Positions 16,576-20,763 of a DNA stretch of 20,763 bases are shown here, in pieces. The position numbers were made by a program, and so were the translations under genes. This stretch comes from Fidelibacterota bacterium (GTDB lineage: Bacteria; Fidelibacterota; Fidelibacteria; Fidelibacterales; DSDE01), in assembly GCA_046735395.1 (NCBI GenBank), contig JBJKQR010000068.1, positions 1-20,763 on the forward strand, read 5' to 3'. Under the pieces are notes generated by a model. The model was not told the origin of the DNA and did no database searches. It saw only the letters and a program-made list of their open reading frames with translations. How positions within the stretch are numbered: position 1 is the stretch's first letter; every line of letters begins with the position of its first letter.

Positions 16576-16596
16576 CAGGTTTTCAGAATATCGGCC

Positions 16597-17556
16597 TTAA
16601 TTCTTCAGTGTCAGACTGCTGCGTGTCGCATCAATCCGGATCGTATCATTGACGGCCGCATTGATACCGGTGACGGACAGGACGGTCCCGCCTCCCACAT
16701 AGCGGTATTCAACGCCCAGGTCCACATTTGTATTGGCTGGAAATCCGGCCATGCTGGTGTTATATGAATTCCAGTTACCAAAATAAATCTGTGTCCAGTC
16801 GGTGGTTCCGGTGGGCCGCATATACATGTGATAATCGTAGCCGTCTTTGTCCGTAACGGCCACGACCGCTCCTGCCTGTGTAGTGACAGTGGTAACGACA
16901 GAATCAATGGCAACATTATCATAACTCGTGTCAGAATAGGATGCGACGAGTTTATAATAATAATCATGTCCTGGCAGCAGGCCGATTTTTGAAAAATCAT
17001 GAGCAAGTGTATCATCTGAATACCAGACATCATCCACATATGAATATTTCCCGCCGTAATCGACACCATCGGCTGAAAAATAGAGGTAAGCATTAACTTC
17101 TGAATTCACACCGCCGGTTACTCTGTTCAGAATGGGCCACTGAACGTCTGCTGAATACTCCGTGCTGCCCATGTCATTCAGAGCGAGAGATGAAGCGAGC
17201 CGCGGCAGAACGATCACCAGCGCATCGTCCTTTACATTTGAATTTTCGGCAAGTACAACATGCAGATGCGTTTCTCCGGCAGTTTTTCCATAAAGATAAA
17301 TATAGGAACCGTTATTTTTCACGATTACTGCCGTATTTTCATCATCCACCGTCCATAACAGGGATTTGTCACTGTCGTTCCCGCCGGCAAAGACGCTGGC
17401 TTTACTATCCAGATAGACATAGACTGTGTCTGAGTAGCCCACGGTCAGATCGCCGCTTGTTGTACCGGGATCCGTACCCGTATCTCCGTCACCGGAACAT
17501 GCCACCATGGCAAAGCCCAGTACGATGAGAGTGGTGAGTAATTTGAATTGTTTCAT
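16597..17556 (-). CDS. Lipoprotein with Ig-like/FN3-like beta domains, function unknown
   Basis: Lipobox MVAC after a hydrophobic leader; Big_2-like SLLWTVDDENTAVI...GKTAGETHLHV; FN3-like GLLPGHDYYYKLVA. Confidence 0.7.
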   Translation of the reverse strand: MKQFKLLTTLIVLGFAMVACSGDGDTGTDPGTTSGDLTVGYSDTVYVYLDSKASVFAGGNDSDKSLLWTVDDENTAVIVKNNGSYIYLYGKTAGETHLHVVLAENSNVKDDALVIVLPRLASSLALNDMGSTEYSADVQWPILNRVTGGVNSEVNAYLYFSADGVDYGGKYSYVDDVWYSDDTLAHDFSKIGLLPGHDYYYKLVASYSDTSYDNVAIDSVVTTVTTQAGAVVAVTDKDGYDYHMYMRPTGTTDWTQIYFGNWNSYNTSMAGFPANTNVDLGVEYRYVGGGTVLSVTGINAAVNDTIRIDATRSSLTLKN

Positions 17557-17687
17557 TTTTTCCCCTTTATTTTTTGTTCCAATTCATAGGTTTTGAATAT
17601 AGTTATAAATGCCACTGGATCGAAGGATTTATTGATAAAAGTGATTTAAATACCGTATAAATACATCGCTATTTTGACCTGTGTCAC

Positions 17688-18221
17688 TCAGCCAAGAAGA
17701 AGTATGATCAGCCTCTTCGGGCCATGGGCGCCGATGACGATGCGTTTTTCGATATCCGCTGTCCGGCTCGGCCCACTGATGAAGGTGGCCTGGTTCAGGT
17801 CCCCGTTCCGCTTCAGCCAGGCCTGCAGGTCCGGAAGCAGCTTTGATCCCGGCAGGATGGCCACATGTGTGTCCGGCAGCAGCGAGATCCGCCGGTCTCC
17901 GTCCTGTTCCGAAAGTTCCACCAGAGTTCCGGTTTTTGCAATTCCCGCATCCGGGCAGCTGATACCGGCAGTATATTGATCCATCCGGGCGTGCGTCAGG
18001 CCCGGAGAATAGGTCGAAACACGACTATCGTTCAGAATAGCGGCCGCGTCTGCATCTGCTACAGCTGTCGACAGGTCCACTCCGGCATCGTTCAGAACTT
18101 TCTGCAGCGTCTCCCGGCTGCATGGAATGATTTCTGCATTCAGAGCCGTCGCTTCCTGCATAAATAAAACGGTGAGATCCTCTTCAACATCAGGCAGTCG
18201 GATGTCCGGCCGTTTATGCAT
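17688..18221 (-). CDS. lutC: Lactate utilization protein C (LUD domain)
   Basis: GIAKTGTLV...RRISLLPDTHVAIL...FISGPSRTADIEKRIVIGAHGPKRL; start placed at ATG 18221 (RBS GGAGG, overlaps the lutB stop). Confidence 0.88.
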   Translation of the reverse strand: MHKRPDIRLPDVEEDLTVLFMQEATALNAEIIPCSRETLQKVLNDAGVDLSTAVADADAAAILNDSRVSTYSPGLTHARMDQYTAGISCPDAGIAKTGTLVELSEQDGDRRISLLPDTHVAILPGSKLLPDLQAWLKRNGDLNQATFISGPSRTADIEKRIVIGAHGPKRLIILLLG

Positions 18222-19560
18222 CGGCTCGCCTCCCCGGATCAGTTTTTTTCGCAAATTTGGGAAAATATTTCGTTCGCGACCAGACGGGTAGCGGCAGGCC
18301 TTCCCCTGGAAGCAGAACCTGCAAAATGCGAACGATCTTCATAGCCCCCCGATAAACGGTCGGTGAGGTGGCTCCCCATTTGAAAAGCTTCATACCCGCA
18401 TTCCAGAGCAATAGATTCTTTTTCCGGCGATGGCGCAGGCGGAGCAGGAGATGGTGCAGGGGAATTTTGACCGGACAGGCTGCGCTGCATTGTCCGCAGA
18501 GCGTGCTCATGAAAGGCAGTTCGTCATCTTCCGGCCGCCCTCTCATCAGGGGTGTGAGCAGGGCACCGATGGGGCCGGGATAGGCCCAGCCATAGCTGTG
18601 CCCTCCCACATGCTGGTAGACAGGACAGCTGTTCAGACAGGCACCGCAGCGGATACAGTGAAGGAGAACCCTCATTTCCGCATCCTCATGGAGCCGGCTC
18701 CGGCCGTTATCCACCAGGATCACGTGAATTTCTTTTCCTTTTTCCGGCCTCCGGATCAGATTCATATATCCGGGAAATTTCTGCCCGGTGGCTGAATAGC
18801 TCAGCAGCTCCATCATCAGCGCCAGGCTATCCCTGTCCGGCAGCAGTTTTTCCATCCCGACAACGGCGATATGAATCCGCGGCAGGGTCACCGACAGTCG
18901 GATATTTCCTTCATTTTCAACCAGCACCAGGCTGCCGCTGTCGGCCAGAATGAAGTTTCCCCCGCTGAGTCCCGCTCCCGCTTCGAGAAAGCGTTCCCGC
19001 AGAGTATTCCGGGCTGCTTCCGTCAATAAATGTTCATCCTCCGTATAGGGAATCCCCAGTTTTTCCTCAAACAGCGCCCCGATCTCGGCTGCTGATTTAT
19101 GAATGGCCGGGGCGGTGATATGGGAAGGCTTCTCTCCCGCCAGCTGAATAATGTATTCACCCAGATCTGTTTCGCTGATGAAGATATCCCGTGCCTCCAG
19201 ATACGGATTCAGCTCAATCTCCTCGGTCAGCATGGATTTGGCCTTGACGATATCACGGATATTCCGCTCCTTCAGAATATCGTGAATGATCCGCCTCGCA
19301 TCCTCATCGGTAGCGGCCCGATATACAGCCATCCCGTTTCGCTTCATGGCTGCTTCAGCCTGATCTATATATTCATGCAGATTATCCACAACATGAGCGC
19401 GGATATCATGCGCCTGCTGCCGAAGATCCTCAAACAGCGCCGGCGTTTCAAAACGAATTCGGTTTTTTACGAGCGCGCTGGCCGTGGCCCTGCGGTAATT
19501 TTCCTGGAGACGGGGATTGATGACGGCCTTGTGGATCCGCTGTTTCAGTGTTTCCGTCAC
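18214..19560 (-). CDS. lutB: Lactate utilization protein B (LUD + 4Fe-4S)
   Basis: VKAKSMLTEEI, ETDLGEYIIQLAGEKPSHITAPAIH, ENEGN, CIRCGACLNSCPVY, YPGPIGA, STLCGQCSAACPVKIPL. Confidence 0.93.
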   Translation of the reverse strand: MTETLKQRIHKAVINPRLQENYRRATASALVKNRIRFETPALFEDLRQQAHDIRAHVVDNLHEYIDQAEAAMKRNGMAVYRAATDEDARRIIHDILKERNIRDIVKAKSMLTEEIELNPYLEARDIFISETDLGEYIIQLAGEKPSHITAPAIHKSAAEIGALFEEKLGIPYTEDEHLLTEAARNTLRERFLEAGAGLSGGNFILADSGSLVLVENEGNIRLSVTLPRIHIAVVGMEKLLPDRDSLALMMELLSYSATGQKFPGYMNLIRRPEKGKEIHVILVDNGRSRLHEDAEMRVLLHCIRCGACLNSCPVYQHVGGHSYGWAYPGPIGALLTPLMRGRPEDDELPFMSTLCGQCSAACPVKIPLHHLLLRLRHRRKKNLLLWNAGMKLFKWGATSPTVYRGAMKIVRILQVLLPGEGLPLPVWSRTKYFPKFAKKTDPGRRADA

Positions 19561-20279
19561 AGGCCCTCCGCCAGAATTTCAGCCAGATGAAGCACCCGGA
19601 TATCCTTACCCCGCTTCTTCAGAATTCCCTCGATATTCATCAGGCAGGAGATATCCGCTCCGGTCAGTACTTCGGCCCCGCTTTCCATGACCCTATCCGC
19701 CTTGGCTTGGGCCATAACCGTACTCAGTTCAGCAAATTTGATGGAAAACGTGCCGCCGAATCCGCAGCAGCGGTCCGCATCCTGAAGTTCGGCCCATTCC
19801 AGGCCGGAAATATTTTTCAGAAGTCTCTGAGGAGCATCCAGAACCCCAAGTTCATTTCTCAGGTGACAGCTCTGATGGTAGGCAACTTTTCCCCGGAACG
19901 TGGACGGAAGGCAGTCCACACCGAGCTGCTGCACCAGAAATTCGCTTAATTCCCAGATGCCCCTTTCCTGCAGACGATGCAATTCCCGCTGTGAAGAGCC
20001 GTTCAGCGGCAGGGCGTCATAATGATTCCGAACCATGCTGATGCAGGATCCGGAGGGCGCCACCACGGCGTCGGCGCCGGCAAACCGCTCCAGCCAGTAT
20101 TCGGCGATCTGCGTGCTCTCCCGGGTGTAACCGCTGTTATAGGCCGGCTGTCCGCAGCAGGTCTGCTGCTCCGGAATCACCACTTCATGGCCCAGATACT
20201 CCAGAATCCGGCAGCTGGCCTCTCCGGCCGCCGGAAAGAATTCCGCCACCATGCAGGGAACGAAAACATGAATTTTCAT
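19557..20279 (-). CDS. lutA: Lactate utilization protein A (two CCG domains)
   Basis: QTCCGQPAYNSG, PSGSC, YHQSCH, CCGFGGTFSIKF, DISCLMNI; stop overlaps the lutB GTG start. Confidence 0.93.
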   Translation of the reverse strand: MKIHVFVPCMVAEFFPAAGEASCRILEYLGHEVVIPEQQTCCGQPAYNSGYTRESTQIAEYWLERFAGADAVVAPSGSCISMVRNHYDALPLNGSSQRELHRLQERGIWELSEFLVQQLGVDCLPSTFRGKVAYHQSCHLRNELGVLDAPQRLLKNISGLEWAELQDADRCCGFGGTFSIKFAELSTVMAQAKADRVMESGAEVLTGADISCLMNIEGILKKRGKDIRVLHLAEILAEGL

Positions 20280-20455
20280 ACTTCGAATTTAGTCCTTTCC
20301 CCTGCTCCCCGCCAAGGCAATTATTTGAGGCTGAGACTAAGGTTCAGAAGTTTAATATGGGGAAGACACGGAATTCACCGCGTCTACAGAATTTCTGTAG
20401 AGACATTGCATGCAAGGTCTCTGCAGGTTTTGCTTAAGCGTAAACCCGTTAACTT

Positions 20456-20763
20456 TTAATTATTCCGGCCGAACCAGCGGTCGAGGTTATTGAACAGTTC
20501 GTCCCGGGATTTGACAAACCAGGGCCGATGAGGCAATGAATTGATGAAACTCTGTCCGTAGCGTTTGAAGCTCAGGCGGTTATCAAAAAACAGGGCAATA
20601 CCCCGATCGCTTTTGGAGCGGATCAGACGGCCGAAGCCCTGTTTGAATTTCAGGATGGCCTCAGGAACATTGTATTCGAGAAAGGCATTGCGTCCGGAAG
20701 CCTTATAACTGTCTGAAATGGCCGATACCACCGGTTCGCTCGGTACGGCAAAGGGCAGCTTGA
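20456..20763 (-). CDS. dinG: DinG/YoaA-family ATP-dependent helicase, C-terminal part (5' truncated by the window edge)
   Basis: Frame is open to the window edge: KLPFAVPSEPVV...AFLEYNVPEAILKFKQGFGRLIRSKSDRGIALFFDNRL...YG..FINSLP (Helicase_C_2 motif VI). Confidence 0.88.
   Translation of the reverse strand, partial: KLPFAVPSEPVVSAISDSYKASGRNAFLEYNVPEAILKFKQGFGRLIRSKSDRGIALFFDNRLSFKRYGQSFINSLPHRPWFVKSRDELFNNLDRWFGRNN

Overview
Bacterial chromosomal window whose gene content resembles a non-Bacteroidetes FCB-group lineage (Marinimicrobia/KSB1/Calditrichota-like; inferred, not proven). Left: a + strand cell-surface operon (FG-GAP protein with T9SS/FlgD-type C-terminus, TonB-dependent receptor, 1108-aa Asp-rich secreted protein, PorV-family barrel), then a convergent blaI / M56-TonB pair with a palindromic operator. 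Centre: a ~4.3 kb AT-rich degenerate island integrated at tRNA-Ile2(CAT), with a 38-bp att direct repeat and a tyrosine-integrase remnant. Right: tRNA-Val(GAC), an Ig-like lipoprotein, lutABC and the 3' end of a DinG-family helicase. The main finding is in the island: a lipoprotein with two Fib_succ_major (C-type-lectin-like) domains whose two C-terminal ~180-nt segments carry the signature of diversity-generating retroelement (DGR) variable repeats. By manual alignment 37 of 42 differences are at codon positions 1/2 and only 1 codon change is synonymous, whereas an upstream control stretch has 14 synonymous and 3 nonsynonymous changes. A hairpin follows the stop codon. No reverse transcriptase or template repeat is in the window, so this looks like a dual-VR remote or orphan DGR target.
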